Both the position numbers and the translations under genes were made by a program. Shown here piece by piece: positions 18,668-29,706 of a stretch of DNA of 64,000 bases. This stretch comes from Candidatus Poribacteria bacterium (GTDB lineage: Bacteria; Poribacteria; WGA-4E; PCPOR2b), in the NCBI GenBank assembly GCA_965215015.1, contig OZ244042.1, positions 1,920,001 to 1,984,000 on the forward strand, written 5' to 3'. The notes under the pieces were generated by a model, which saw nothing but the letters and a program-made list of their open reading frames with translations, was not told where the DNA came from and made no database searches. Positions within the stretch are counted from its first letter, which is position 1, and every line of letters starts with the position of its first letter.

Positions 18668-20446
18668 TTAACTATCAAGAAAGCCGCGCAGCTGCTGACT
18701 CCGGATGGGGTGACGCAATTTTCGCAGTGCTTTGGCCTCTATCTGACGTATCCGTTCGCGGGTGACTTGAAACTCCGTACCAACCTCCTCCAGGGTCCGA
18801 GGGTACCCATCCCCAATCCCAAATCTCAAGCGGATGACCTTCGCCTCGCGATCCGTCAACGTCCGAAGCACCTCTTCGATACGCTCCTTGAGCATGGTAA
18901 ACGTTGCTTCGGCAACAGGGGACTTTGAAGCTTTATCTTCAATAAAATCTCGGAGTTGGCTATCCTCATCCTCTCCGACCGAGGTTTCTAAAGAAATTGG
19001 CTCCTGTGCAATCCGAAACACCTGTCGCACTTTATCAATGGATATATCCATCTCGCCAGCGATTTCCTCCGGTAGAGGTTCTCTGCCCTTCTCCTGAACA
19101 AGGTAACGGGAGGTGCGAATCAGTTTATTGATCGTCTCGATCATATGGACAGGGATACGAATCGTGCGGGCCTGATCGGCGATAGCACGGGTAATTCCTT
19201 GACGAATCCACCATGTCGCATAAGTGCTAAACTTATAACCCCGCTTGTACTCGAATTTGTCCACAGCTTTCATCAAGCCGATATTCCCCTCCTGAATAAG
19301 GTCCAGAAACGTCAATCCCGGCGTTCGATTTCTATATTTTTTCGCAATGCTGACGACAAGCCGAAGGTTAGCTTCAATAATCGTCATCTTGGCTTCCTGT
19401 GCTGCCGCTTCTCCCGCGTGGATGCGCTGAGTCGCACAGTTCAGCTGTTCACGGGACGCGCCAATTTTACGCTCCAATCTTTTGATGGTCCGCCTCGCTT
19501 TAACAATCTCCCGGTTATATTCCTTGAGCTTCTCGACACAGTCAGGAACAGCTGATTTTACCTTACCCAGTGTATACTCCTGAACCTGCTGACAGATTTC
19601 AGCCGCGGATAGGCCAGACGCCTTCTCAACCTGTGTCACCTGCTTTTGTAAGTTTGCCATGTGGGTCGCAATATCTTTAATCTTATCTGCAATTTTACTA
19701 ATCTCTTCACGATCGATTTTCAGTTCCTTGAGCGTTTCCACCAATCTTAAACGGTCACATTCAATCTTTTTACGAAGGGCTTCTGCCTCCTTAGTAGGCA
19801 GCTTTTCATAGCTTAGCTTGCGTTCTTGGAGGCGTATTTCTAAATCTATCTCCTTCAAATCTACCATCAGTTCCCGTGCTATCTTCAGGTATTTCTCTTC
19901 TTTGTCATTAGCAGATGTGCTTGAAACCTCCACCGAAATCACATCAGAAGCCTTTTTCTCACCGATTAAAATTTGATTCAGCAGTTTCCGAACCTCTGCA
20001 ATTGCGATCGGTGTTTCAAATATTGTCTCCTCGACCTGACGATGCCCTTCTTCAATCTGCCTTGATAAAGAAACCTCTTGCTGCTTAGTCAGCAAAGAAA
20101 TACTTCCCATCTCACGTAGATACACCTTCACCGGATCGTCAACCTTATCGAGTTTCCCCGGATCCAGTGATAACTCATCACAATCAGTATCGTCGTAATC
20201 TTCATTGTCGGAGTAGTTAGGGGTATCAAAATTGGCTGCTTGATTGATAACTTTGAAATTCATTGTTAAATCTCCTTCATCAAGATCTGTTGGATTTTCT
20301 GAAAGGTTAATTTCTTCTAAATCAATTTGAAGTAGGTCATCAAGATCGTCCGGTGGTGAAGGATTCGGCTGCTCATCATATTCAAGAAAATGTTTCTCTT
20401 TGCCTATATTGATCAAGCGATTATCTACTTTAGTTCCGGAAGCCAT
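18668..20446 (-). CDS. rpoD: Primary RNA polymerase sigma factor
   Basis: [12 protein letters not shown] (region 1.2), [76 protein letters not shown]. Confidence 0.97.
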   Translation of the reverse strand: MASGTKVDNRLINIGKEKHFLEYDEQPNPSPPDDLDDLLQIDLEEINLSENPTDLDEGDLTMNFKVINQAANFDTPNYSDNEDYDDTDCDELSLDPGKLDKVDDPVKVYLREMGSISLLTKQQEVSLSRQIEEGHRQVEETIFETPIAIAEVRKLLNQILIGEKKASDVISVEVSSTSANDKEEKYLKIARELMVDLKEIDLEIRLQERKLSYEKLPTKEAEALRKKIECDRLRLVETLKELKIDREEISKIADKIKDIATHMANLQKQVTQVEKASGLSAAEICQQVQEYTLGKVKSAVPDCVEKLKEYNREIVKARRTIKRLERKIGASREQLNCATQRIHAGEAAAQEAKMTIIEANLRLVVSIAKKYRNRTPGLTFLDLIQEGNIGLMKAVDKFEYKRGYKFSTYATWWIRQGITRAIADQARTIRIPVHMIETINKLIRTSRYLVQEKGREPLPEEIAGEMDISIDKVRQVFRIAQEPISLETSVGEDEDSQLRDFIEDKASKSPVAEATFTMLKERIEEVLRTLTDREAKVIRLRFGIGDGYPRTLEEVGTEFQVTRERIRQIEAKALRKLRHPIRSQQLRGFLDS

Positions 20447-20489
20447 TGTGGTTTATTCTCCTAGTGCCCCCCCAAAAAAATAACAGGGA

Positions 20490-22277
20490 TTAACGGGCTA
20501 ACTGTCTTCTTCGGTTTGAGAGTTCAACGAGCTCCGCAAGAATGCTTTTGCTGTTATTCCCTTGTGCAAGGGCTTCAGAACGCCTCATACGTTCAACATC
20601 CCACAACAGAAAATTTTTGAGTTTCTTCAGACACCCCTCTACTCGTGTGCTTAAATTTGGAGGAATTGTCTTTTTTAGAAGAGCCTTGGAGATTATGCCT
20701 GTAATTTTTTCATTAGCACAAGCATTTATGAGATTCTGCATGTCAATAGTGGCATCACTATCACTCGCTTCCCAGAGCATTCTGCCAATGGTCGCAAAGT
20801 CAGGATGGGTAAAATCTTGATAGTGAAAATTGGCCTTGGCAAGCGGAATCAGGTCGGGACCCTGTAACAGGGCTTCAATCAGTTGCCACTCAATTGATTC
20901 TCGAGGACTCCTCCTAGCCGTTGGTGCGGCGCGAGTGTGTCCCGGCGGCGTAACTGAACGAGATAGCTTAACGCCCAAACGCTGCAGTTCCCTCAAAAGC
21001 ACCGGTCGATCAACATCAAGCTCTTGCGCTGCATACTTCGTATATTCGCTGAGCTCAACCTGATTTTTGAGGTGCGATAGTGTCAAAGCAATCTCTTGGA
21101 TAGCCCGCGTTTTCACATCAATACGGTGGATTGCATGCTGCTGCGTCGCCCGTTGAATCTGAAATTCGATCAGATTCATCGCGGAATTGATGAGTTGGTT
21201 GAACGCATCAAGACCTTGAACGCGAATGAATTGATCCGGATCCGTGCCGGGGGGTAAGGTCGCAACCTGCACACGCAAGCCTGCCGCCAAGAGGATGTGT
21301 AAGCCGCGCAACGCCGCCTGAAAGCCAGCCGGATCGCTATCATAGAGGAGAATCGTTTCTTCGGCAAACCGCTTTAATAAATCGGCATGTGAGCTGCTAA
21401 ATGAAGTACCCAGCGACGCGACAGCATTTTGGACACCCGCTTGATACGGCATGAGCGCGTCAAAGTAGCCCTCAACAAGAATGACTTTCCCCTCTTTTTG
21501 GATCGCCGAACGCGCCTCGTATAAATTGTAAAGGGTTTTGCTCTTATCGTAAAGATCCGTGGTAGGAGAATTAAGATATTTAGGAAGTTGTCCTTCCGAC
21601 AGGGCACGGCCGCCAAATCCAAGGGGATTCCCCCCTACATCGCGGATTGGAAAGATAACGCGCCCTCGGAATCGATCCGTGGTTCCATGATCGTCGTTTC
21701 TAATGAGACCAACATCAATGAGTTGTTGGATTGAGAAACCGGCTTGTGTCGCAGCCTTAACGATATCTTGGTGACCCGGGGTCGCGTATCCGAGTTGAAA
21801 TTCCCGAATCGTTTGATCTTTGATGGATCGGTTTTTCAAGTATGCCAGCGCATAGCCACCAATTTTCGGATCCAAAAGCTGCCGATGGAAATGCTCCACT
21901 GCAAAGCGATTCAAATCTTGCAGTTCCAGGCGTTTTTGGCTAATTTGGCGTGCTCTTCCATCCTGGGTTGGCAGCAGAATGCCTGCACGCTCTGACAGCC
22001 ATTCCATCGCTTCCATAAAAGATTTGCCGTCATACTTCCTAAGGAAGCTAATGACATTACCACCGGCACCACACCCAAAACAGTAAAACGCCTGCTTTTC
22101 AGGGGAGACGTTAAAGGAGGGAGTTTTCTCGTCGTGGAAGGGACAAAGACCTTTATAAGCTTTACCAACAGCCTTCAACAGAACCCCACACTCCGATATC
22201 ACTTCGACAATATCGTTCTGTGCACAAATGTTATCAAGTATCTCGCGTGGAATGTAGTTAGAAGCCTGTCTCATCAC
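20490..22277 (-). CDS. dnaG: DNA primase
   Basis: CPFHDEKTPSF..CFGCG zinc finger, DRFRGRVIFPI, GFGGR, KYLNSP, VEGYFD, YDSD.AG, DPD. Confidence 0.97.
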   Translation of the reverse strand: MMRQASNYIPREILDNICAQNDIVEVISECGVLLKAVGKAYKGLCPFHDEKTPSFNVSPEKQAFYCFGCGAGGNVISFLRKYDGKSFMEAMEWLSERAGILLPTQDGRARQISQKRLELQDLNRFAVEHFHRQLLDPKIGGYALAYLKNRSIKDQTIREFQLGYATPGHQDIVKAATQAGFSIQQLIDVGLIRNDDHGTTDRFRGRVIFPIRDVGGNPLGFGGRALSEGQLPKYLNSPTTDLYDKSKTLYNLYEARSAIQKEGKVILVEGYFDALMPYQAGVQNAVASLGTSFSSSHADLLKRFAEETILLYDSDPAGFQAALRGLHILLAAGLRVQVATLPPGTDPDQFIRVQGLDAFNQLINSAMNLIEFQIQRATQQHAIHRIDVKTRAIQEIALTLSHLKNQVELSEYTKYAAQELDVDRPVLLRELQRLGVKLSRSVTPPGHTRAAPTARRSPRESIEWQLIEALLQGPDLIPLAKANFHYQDFTHPDFATIGRMLWEASDSDATIDMQNLINACANEKITGIISKALLKKTIPPNLSTRVEGCLKKLKNFLLWDVERMRRSEALAQGNNSKSILAELVELSNRRRQLAR

Positions 22278-22640
22278 AACTCACCTTCGTCTGATACAGG
22301 TTTAGATTTGCTTTTCCCTGGTCAAGCCTTGCCCGATTTTCCAATCGAGCAACTCTGAAGAAACGAAATGGGAAATTTCAAACCGAAATCGGTACGAAAC
22401 GTGAAACGTACTGCGAAATCTGACGACTCAACCCAATGAATTGGGCAATGGTATTGATGGATCGGTTAACTTTCAAGGTTGTCGTTGCAATATTGACCAT
22501 GCCCTGTTGGAAGCCATCTTCTTCGATCGTCCTGTGAATTGAATAGTTGTCCCTCACAATTTTCCAGCGCTGCTCGCACAGAAAGGAAATTTTCTTAATG
22601 CGAACGGATAATTCTAAAATATTAGTCCAAATTTCTCTGA

Positions 22641-25061
22641 CTATTCCTTCAATGTGACAATCGTTGCACCTGCCCCGCCTTCGTTAAGGGCCGCCAATTG
22701 AAAATCATTCACTTGCGCGTGATCCTGCAAAAGGTCATGAATTGCAGCACGCAACGCCCCGGTGCCTTTGCCGTGAATAATCCGCACCCTCGGTAACCCC
22801 GCAAGAAACGCATCATCTATGTATTTATCGGTCGCCGCCCAAGCCTCATGGACCGTTTTTCCCTGCAGGTTCAACTCTGTTTTAACGTGCCCTGTCTTGC
22901 TATACTGGACAGCCAAGATTGACGTGGAGAGTTGACGTTTATTGTCTTTCGGGTGCACAGGCTCAATTTCCTCGTATGATACCCGCATCTGCATATGACC
23001 AATCTTGACGAGCAAAGGCGTTTTCCCATTTGAGATTGAGAAAACCTCGCCAAATTGGTTCAGGCTTCTCACACGGACCTTATCACCGACTCGCACCCTG
23101 ATGACATCGGGGTTTGGTTCTACCGAATCTTTTTGCTGCTGGTATTTCTGTTTCAGTTGCTGCTGTGCTCCTTCAATACGACTAAAAGCACTGCTGACAC
23201 TAGCTTTTGAGGCTTTCGCTCGCCGTACTTCTGCTATCGTCTGTTCAACAAGTTTACGAGCATCCTTGAGAATTGTAGCAGCTTCTTGCTCCGCTTGCTC
23301 CCGAAGTTCTTCCCGATCCGCGTCAATCTGGTTGACTAGTGTTTCGTGCTTTCTGGCAGCGATATCCGCCATCCGGAGCTTCTCCTGCACCATTTCACGT
23401 TCAATGTCAAGTTTGTTCTGAGACGCCTGCATACTGACGATCAAATCTTCCACAGCAACCGCCTGGTTGCCGGTATACGCTTTGGCAGCATCGGCAATCG
23501 CGTCAGGCATACCTAATCTTTGTGCAATTTTGAAGGCGTTACTGCTCCCGGGCACGCCAATCTGAAGGCGATAGGTAGGTTGCAGCGTTTGCCAATCAAA
23601 TTCCATTGAGGCATTTTCCATGCCTTCCTGTGCATGCGCGTACGCTTTCAGGGCACCGTAGTGGGTTGTAGCAACCGTACGCACCTTACGTGCCCCTAAC
23701 CAATCCAAGATTGCCATGCCGAGGGCCGCCCCTTCCGTTGGGTCTGTGCCTGCCCCAATTTCATCCAACAGCACCAACGAGTTTTCATCCGCTTTTTTCA
23801 GGATGGCGATAATCTTGGTAATATGGGACGAAAAGGTACTGAGATTCTGCTCAATACTCTGTTCATCGCCAATGTCAGCGAACATCTGATCGAAGATGCC
23901 AATTTCAACCCCCATCTTCGCGGGGAGGTGCAACCCCGACTGCGCCATGAGTGTCAATAATCCAATCGTTTTGAGGACAACAGTTTTCCCGCCAGTGTTC
24001 GGGCCGGTGATAACCATCGTGTGAAATGTGTCGCCCAGCGTTGCATCAGTTGGCACAATCCGCTCTGGTAAGTTTGGATCGCGTTCCTCTTCCTTCTGTT
24101 TGGCACTGTTCCGAAGCTTCATCTCAAGGAGCGGATGTCTCGCTTCTATCAGTTTGATAACACCCCGTGTGTTAAGCACTGGTTCAACGCCGTTAAGTTC
24201 TATGCTCAATCGCGCCTTTGCCCCTAAAAAATCCAAGCCCCCCAATATATCCAAGGCAAGCTCTAGTGCTGCCAAATGCTCGCGTACCAAGTCACTCAGC
24301 TTAAGTAGAATGCGCCGTATCTCTTGACGTTCCTCATCTGCCAGTTGGTGCAGTTCGTTGTTGAGATCGACAATGCCAAAAGGCTCGATGAAAGCGGTGG
24401 CCCCGCTTGAGGATTGACCCTGAACAACGCCGGGAAAATTGTGCTTTGAATCTTGTTTGATGGGAATGACATAACGCTCGTTGCGGGAGGTGATAACGTG
24501 TTCTTGGATGGACCGCTGATGGTGCGGAGACTGGAGGATAACCTCTAACTTTGATTGAATGCTTGTTCGTGTGTGTGCCAGCTTCCGGCGAATCGCTCGT
24601 AGCGCAGGGCTAGCATGATCAAGGACATCGCCATCTGGACTAAGACATCTGTCAATAGATTGGGTAATTTCAGGAAAGGTCGGCAGATTGCGAACAATCG
24701 AGGATAGCTTGGGAAAATCCTTCGGATTTCGCTTTTTGATGGCTCGCTGAACATGTTGGGCAGCCTCCGCCACGCGAGCAACGCCAAGCAATTCGTCCAC
24801 CTCCAGAATGGCACCGGGCTTAGACACCTTATGGAGCGTCGGAGAAATATCCTTCAAACCTTGCAGCGGAAAACCGTTGGAGGTTTGGTAGAAGGCCTTC
24901 GATTCGCTACATAATCGCTGCTGATAACGAATCGTGTCAACCTGCCGGAAAGGCTTCAACCTTGCTGCCCTTGACACCCCTAGTTGGGAATGTGTATACT
25001 GCTTAAGCAATGCCTTCAGCTTATCATATTCTAAGACTTTTTCAGTGTGAGGTGATATCAT
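22641..25061 (-). CDS. mutS2: Endonuclease MutS2
   Basis: ITGPNTGGKT, DIGDEQSIEQNLSTFSSH, LLDEIGAGTDPTEG, TTHY, C-terminal Smr IIHGKGTGALR. Confidence 0.96.
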   Translation of the reverse strand: MISPHTEKVLEYDKLKALLKQYTHSQLGVSRAARLKPFRQVDTIRYQQRLCSESKAFYQTSNGFPLQGLKDISPTLHKVSKPGAILEVDELLGVARVAEAAQHVQRAIKKRNPKDFPKLSSIVRNLPTFPEITQSIDRCLSPDGDVLDHASPALRAIRRKLAHTRTSIQSKLEVILQSPHHQRSIQEHVITSRNERYVIPIKQDSKHNFPGVVQGQSSSGATAFIEPFGIVDLNNELHQLADEERQEIRRILLKLSDLVREHLAALELALDILGGLDFLGAKARLSIELNGVEPVLNTRGVIKLIEARHPLLEMKLRNSAKQKEEERDPNLPERIVPTDATLGDTFHTMVITGPNTGGKTVVLKTIGLLTLMAQSGLHLPAKMGVEIGIFDQMFADIGDEQSIEQNLSTFSSHITKIIAILKKADENSLVLLDEIGAGTDPTEGAALGMAILDWLGARKVRTVATTHYGALKAYAHAQEGMENASMEFDWQTLQPTYRLQIGVPGSSNAFKIAQRLGMPDAIADAAKAYTGNQAVAVEDLIVSMQASQNKLDIEREMVQEKLRMADIAARKHETLVNQIDADREELREQAEQEAATILKDARKLVEQTIAEVRRAKASKASVSSAFSRIEGAQQQLKQKYQQQKDSVEPNPDVIRVRVGDKVRVRSLNQFGEVFSISNGKTPLLVKIGHMQMRVSYEEIEPVHPKDNKRQLSTSILAVQYSKTGHVKTELNLQGKTVHEAWAATDKYIDDAFLAGLPRVRIIHGKGTGALRAAIHDLLQDHAQVNDFQLAALNEGGAGATIVTLKE

Positions 25062-25130
25062 AAGATTGACCTCATTCGCTGAATTGACCCAGTTTCCATG
25101 CTATGGGCAAATCAGCCAGTCCCAACAACT

Positions 25131-26240
25131 TCACTTCTGCACATGTTGAAGCTTGTCACGGTAGAAAAGTGCTTTTTCATAGAGTGTACGGGGCGGTGCA
25201 AACCCAAAAACTTTTTCATAAAAACTACGCCCACCGAGACCGACCGCTTCAACATAGTAGTACAAGGGATCCCGTCCTGCCGACTCAGCACGCCGAGCAT
25301 CACGCAGGTTTTTGAGAAAGTTGTTTGCAGTTTTTTCAAACCGATTGATAGCCTGGCGCCGCTCGTCGGTGAGTCCCCCATGAATATCCTTATCAACCTT
25401 GTAGTTGTGAATTGCTTCGGCATAAGCAGCAAAGGCACCATGATAGTTGCCTTCACTCTCCAACCCTTCAGCAGCTGTCAGATCCGGCGGCTGCGAAAGA
25501 GTCGCAATCAACGTTTTGGCACCGGGAATTAAGGCACGGCTTTTTTGCTGAATTGCTTTTGCTAGATTCGTTTCAAAGAGATCTATGATGTCTTTATAAA
25601 TTGCTAAGGCATTATCAAAATCACCGAGTTTCTCATAGCAACGGGCTTGACTCAATCGAAAATCCGAAAATGCGTAATCACGCATAGCAATCTGAGGCAA
25701 CTTATCCTCTGCGGGGGTATATGCCTCTAGTGCTTTTTGGTATTCGCCCCTCTGCTCATAGCAGCTGCCAATCGCTTTTTGAGCATACAAAGCGAGAATC
25801 TGGTTTTCCTGCTGATGCTCATTCACGACCGTTTGAAAGTGGGTAATTGCCCCGTCGTAATTCCCTTCATAATAATGTGCTTTTGCGTAATTGTATCGTG
25901 CTTTATCTGCGACAGAAGTTCCGGGATATGTTTGGAAAATGGTTTGAAGCTGGGTCGCAGCAGTTTCAAATGATTTTTCTGTCCCGTCCGCATCTAACCA
26001 ATCGCTCTCGGCTTCCTGATATTTCTCAAGGGCTTGGGTATACTTCAAAAAGGCTTCTGCGCGTGCACGCTGGTGCTGGTGCTGATAAAAAGCAAGACCA
26101 CCGACGACCAAAATCACTATTGCTACGCTAATGATAATCGATGTTAAGTTCTTCTTGAGAAATTCATATACTTGTAGCGTGCTGTCAACAAACTGATCAT
26201 TTTTTATATCTTCTTTTGTCAAACGTCTGCCTTGATCCAT
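25131..26240 (-). CDS. Membrane-anchored TPR protein (YfgM-like)
   Basis: LTKEDIKNDQF N-terminus, one TM helix, multiple TPRs (A.YY.GNYD.A, CYEQ.GEY..A). Confidence 0.82.
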   Translation of the reverse strand: MDQGRRLTKEDIKNDQFVDSTLQVYEFLKKNLTSIIISVAIVILVVGGLAFYQHQHQRARAEAFLKYTQALEKYQEAESDWLDADGTEKSFETAATQLQTIFQTYPGTSVADKARYNYAKAHYYEGNYDGAITHFQTVVNEHQQENQILALYAQKAIGSCYEQRGEYQKALEAYTPAEDKLPQIAMRDYAFSDFRLSQARCYEKLGDFDNALAIYKDIIDLFETNLAKAIQQKSRALIPGAKTLIATLSQPPDLTAAEGLESEGNYHGAFAAYAEAIHNYKVDKDIHGGLTDERRQAINRFEKTANNFLKNLRDARRAESAGRDPLYYYVEAVGLGGRSFYEKVFGFAPPRTLYEKALFYRDKLQHVQK

Positions 26241-26274
26241 CTATCTTCTCTTGAACCTCTACTTAATTGGAACG

Positions 26275-26350
26275 AAGAAATGAAACCGGAACCCCCCCTT
26301 ACGAAGGGAAATACGGTTCCCTCGTTGTCTCGTTTTCTTTTTCTTGCGTC
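26275..26350. repeat. Hairpin repeat related to the flank of the 8727/9044 elements
   Basis: AAGAAATGAAAC..CCCTTACGAAGGGAAATACGG..CTCGTTTTCTTTTTCTT parallels ~8757-8830. Confidence 0.45.
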
Positions 26351-26415
26351 TTAGTCCCCTTGCATTCCTACGTTTTATTGAAAACCAGTAACGACTTATC
26401 CCCTAACTGATAAAC

Positions 26416-26643
26416 TCAGGCGCACGGTTTGGGTGTGTGATGCCCACAAGTTCCACATATCGGCATTTCAGGTGTTGATGCACCCGGAGTGTCCAATGTC
26501 CCAACACCAAAGACAGAAAATAACTGTGTAATGTCACCGCCTTCGCATTCAGGACAAGTGGGAGAGGGCTCTTGCCGGCTTGAAGTGAAAAGCTTCTCAA
26601 ACGTCCTATCACACTGCTTGCAACGAAATTCGTAAATTGGCAT
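26416..26643 (-). CDS. FmdB-family zinc-ribbon protein
   Basis: MPIYEFRCKQC..FE...CPECEG plus a C-terminal CGTC. Confidence 0.85.
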   Translation of the reverse strand: MPIYEFRCKQCDRTFEKLFTSSRQEPSPTCPECEGGDITQLFSVFGVGTLDTPGASTPEMPICGTCGHHTPKPCA

Positions 26644-26715
26644 TTCGTTTCCCTCGAAAAAACCTCGAAAAAACAAAGCCCCAATGTGTGAAGTTCAAAC
26701 ATCCAGAACGGTTAA

Positions 26716-26787
26716 AGCGGGTGACGGGACTTGAACCCGTGACCCTCAGCTTGGGAAGCTGACGCTCTACCGCTGAGCTACACCCGC
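26716..26787 (-). tRNA. tRNA-Gly(CCC), CCA not encoded
   Basis: Reverse complement GCGGGTGTAGCTCAGCGGTAGAGCGTCAGCTTCCCAAGCTGAGGGTCACGGGTTCAAGTCCCGTCACCCGCT. Confidence 0.94.
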
Positions 26788-26803
26788 TCAGAGAAATTTC
26801 TAA

Positions 26804-26833
26804 ATTATACTGATTGACTTATCGCATTGTCAA
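26804..26833 (-). promoter_or_regulatory. sigma70 promoter of tRNA-Gly
   Basis: TTGACA-N18-TATAAT ending 17 nt before the tRNA. Confidence 0.75.
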
Positions 26834-26911
26834 GAGATTTTAGCACCCGGTACAGGATAATCGCATGTAAATAGTGGATATAACTGAAGCGTGCTCATAA
26901 TTCGAGACACA

Positions 26912-27979
26912 TTATATCTCCACCTTCTCCCCAGTTTCCGCGCTCAAATAAATTGCATCCAGCAATCTCATGAATGTCAAGGCATCAGCGGGGGACACAT
27001 CGGGGGGAGTGGTGCCACGAATCGCGCCAGCGAAATCGCGGATCTCTGCGTCGAAGTCGCCATCACTGTGCGCCACATATTCGTCGGTGAAATCATCACC
27101 TTCGGTGTAGATTGCCCCAAGCAATCGGCGTGTCCCCGAACGCTTCGTACCCGAACGTTGGGAGGTCGACTCCTGTTCGATGGTGCCACTCGTGCCTAAA
27201 ATTCGTAAACGGAGATCCCACGCGCGATCTGTCCATGTCGGAATAACGGCGGAGGTATCCATCTGGATTGTCATACCGTTGGCACACCCCACCAGAAAAC
27301 TGAGGTAATCCTCAGAATGATGGTCTACCGCCAGCGTCGTTGGAAACGCACTATGGCTAACAGCAAAAGTCCATTCGGGTTGTGGGCAGCCCATCAAAAA
27401 CCACGCCTGATCAAGGTAGTGTGAGCCGTGCTGACCCAACGCGCCGCCTTTTAACCCCCAGCGATAGAGCCAATCTCTGCCCGGGCCCGGTTCATGATTG
27501 ACCCCACGTTCCCGGTAATGATAGTGCACCCGCGCATGATATACCTGTCCGATTTTACCCGATCCGATGATTTGACGACTTTTTTTATTTTCTGCCTCAT
27601 GCCGCATGAAGTAGGAATATACAAGGGTTTTCCCACTGGCTGCCGCCACTTTATTGATCTCCTCCACATCCGCAGCGTCGCGCCCGTGCGGCTTTTGTAC
27701 TAAGACATGCTTGCCCGCATTCAACGCATCAATTACCATCGGTTTCCGCACATCAGGGGATGTGGCGACCCCAACCGCTTCCACCGCGTCGTCCGCGAGC
27801 AATTCCCGATAATCGCCGTACACTCTAGGAACATCGTTATCGGCAGCGACCTGTTGAGCGAGCTCCTGATTCAGATCGGCAACCGCCCACGCGGTAGTAT
27901 GTTCGCCTGCTTTGGCACCTGCTACCCATGTTCGACCAACTCTGCACCCGATCACCCCGATTTTGATTTTGTCCGCCAT
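26912..27979 (-). CDS. Gfo/Idh/MocA family oxidoreductase
   Basis: IKIGVIG, ALNAGKHVLVQKP, GGALGQHGSHYLD, C-terminal DAIYLSAETG. RBS AAGGAGG before MADK. Confidence 0.9.
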   Translation of the reverse strand: MADKIKIGVIGCRVGRTWVAGAKAGEHTTAWAVADLNQELAQQVAADNDVPRVYGDYRELLADDAVEAVGVATSPDVRKPMVIDALNAGKHVLVQKPHGRDAADVEEINKVAAASGKTLVYSYFMRHEAENKKSRQIIGSGKIGQVYHARVHYHYRERGVNHEPGPGRDWLYRWGLKGGALGQHGSHYLDQAWFLMGCPQPEWTFAVSHSAFPTTLAVDHHSEDYLSFLVGCANGMTIQMDTSAVIPTWTDRAWDLRLRILGTSGTIEQESTSQRSGTKRSGTRRLLGAIYTEGDDFTDEYVAHSDGDFDAEIRDFAGAIRGTTPPDVSPADALTFMRLLDAIYLSAETGEKVEI

Positions 27980-28001
27980 TATGATACCCTCCTTTTGCGT
28001 C

Positions 28002-28769
28002 TTACGCATCATCGGTCAACAACTGAGGAAGATGTGTTTTCATCAAGTTATCCTGCGGTTGATAACCAAGAATTTCAACGGCACCACTAATATCAAGATA
28101 GCTCTGTTGATAGGCAGTCGAATTGGCAGACCTGCCATACGTAATAAGATATTTTACAGGCCCTTCATAATCAACTGCCCGTCCAAAAAGTTGGGCACAA
28201 TCGCGCGGCGTCAGGAGTGTACTACAGGTGCGTAAATGGTTCGCTTCATACCCTCCTGTGAAAGTGCCAATACGAATACTGATAAAACGCATGTCAAAGT
28301 CATTGACAAGGTAACGACCGGCGACCTCTGCCATTCCTTTCATCGCTCCATACCAACCATCAGGATTCACCTGTTCGGCTGAAGAAAATCGCGGCGGTGA
28401 ACTCAACTGTTCGTTCCAGCCGGTGACGTGATTGGTAGAAGCAAACACAATTTTTTGGACGGCCTCCTCGCGGGCAGCTTCAAATAGCAGCATTGATGCC
28501 CCAATATCGGTCACCTCACCCGGCACCTTGCCAAATTGATCTTGAGTCACAAGGGCAAGGTGAACAACGACATCCTGATTTTTGCAAAGTTCTCGCATTC
28601 GCCGATAGTCCCGAACATCTCCCAACTCAGCGCGGGATTTCGATCCCTCAACCGCCTGGAGGTCTACCAATGTCAAGGTATATTTATCTTCCTTTTCCCA
28701 CGCCCCCCACAATGTACTGCCGACTTTGCCTGCCGCGCCGGTAATGAGCACCCGTTTTTTTATAGCCAT
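28002..28769 (-). CDS. NAD-dependent epimerase/dehydratase (uronate dehydrogenase-like SDR)
   Basis: VLITGAAGKVG, VVHLA, FASTNHV, PDGWYGAMK (YxxxK), SIRIG. Confidence 0.88.
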   Translation of the reverse strand: MAIKKRVLITGAAGKVGSTLWGAWEKEDKYTLTLVDLQAVEGSKSRAELGDVRDYRRMRELCKNQDVVVHLALVTQDQFGKVPGEVTDIGASMLLFEAAREEAVQKIVFASTNHVTGWNEQLSSPPRFSSAEQVNPDGWYGAMKGMAEVAGRYLVNDFDMRFISIRIGTFTGGYEANHLRTCSTLLTPRDCAQLFGRAVDYEGPVKYLITYGRSANSTAYQQSYLDISGAVEILGYQPQDNLMKTHLPQLLTDDA

Positions 28770-28903
28770 ATCTATCCTATCCCTTTCTGAATATGAGACA
28801 ACTGTAGTCATTCCCTATAAACCTTTGGTGCGAGTGAGTGAGGCTGCCGTTTCCACGTTCAACAGTTCATGGGTTTATTAAAAGAAGAGTTCATTAGTAC
28901 ATT

Positions 28904-29272
28904 TAGGGTTACGCAGTTGAAGGCTCAACACCTCTATAGTTCGGCGATTCATCGCCGCACCTGACACCTCTCACTGCCCGATTCATCGGGCGGCTCCAGT
29001 TAGTCCCAAAGTAGTAGGCACGTTCCCCTGTCGCAACCCTCCTTCGTCCCCTGCTTGCGGAGGGATAGAGGGGGGCGGTTATCTTCCCCCTGCTTGCGGG
29101 GGGATTAGAGGGGGGTACTACCACAAACTCACGTGCGTAACTCCTAATTTAGACACGTTCCCCCTGTCGTAACCCTCCTTCGTCCCCTGCTTGCGGAGGG
29201 ATAGAGGGGGGGCGGTTATCTTCCCCCTGCTTGCGGGGGGATTAGAGGGGGGTACTACCACAAACTCACGTC
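28904..29272. mobile_element. MITE-like family C (GGAGTTACGCA ends) carrying duplicated CCCCTGCTTGCGG units
   Basis: AGGGTTACGCAGTTGA...TGCGTAACTCCT at 28904-29146; ~29018-29133 is duplicated at ~29154-29271. Confidence 0.6.
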
Positions 29273-29458
29273 AAAATGAACCCATAAAAAAATGGTTCTC
29301 ACGTTTCACGCCCGGCCTTTGATTGGAGAGTATATCAACAGTTCCAAACTCGTACCATTGGTTAGTAATATTGAATGCAAAAGCATAGCACGCTTTGCAA
29401 CGGTTTGCAAGCGGAATTTTTGAAGGAAGAGAATACATCGATCACACTTTATAAATCC

Positions 29459-29629
29459 ATAGGCTCATTTCGTTCCCCTGTAGGAGGGATTTTCAAATCC
29501 CAACACTCAGTGCATTGATTCACTTGTTCATTGGTGCATGAGTCGGGCAAGAGGCCCGCCCACGATGTAGGGGCAATCTTCGGTCTACCCGCCAAAATCG
29601 GTCAAAAAACCGAAAACTAAATAGCCCTA
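29459..29629. mobile_element. MITE-like family E copy
   Basis: 29562-29628 is the reverse complement of ~33742-33808; ends TAGGCTCATTT / AAATAGCCCTA. Confidence 0.6.
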
Positions 29630-29646
29630 ATAGATCCATTTCGCAA

Positions 29647-29675
29647 TTGACAAACAAAGAGGAAACGGTTATAAT
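29647..29675 (+). promoter_or_regulatory. Perfect-consensus sigma70 promoter of the helicase
   Basis: TTGACA-N17-TATAAT, followed by an AGGAG RBS and ATG 29707. Confidence 0.85.
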
Positions 29676-29706
29676 CATGCCATCAGCTATTTCTTAGGAG
29701 ATGTGA

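Noticed and set aside
17995-26787. Prophage or integrative element at the tRNAs
   Set aside because: No integrase, no duplicated tRNA 3' ends, and the intervening genes are core housekeeping.
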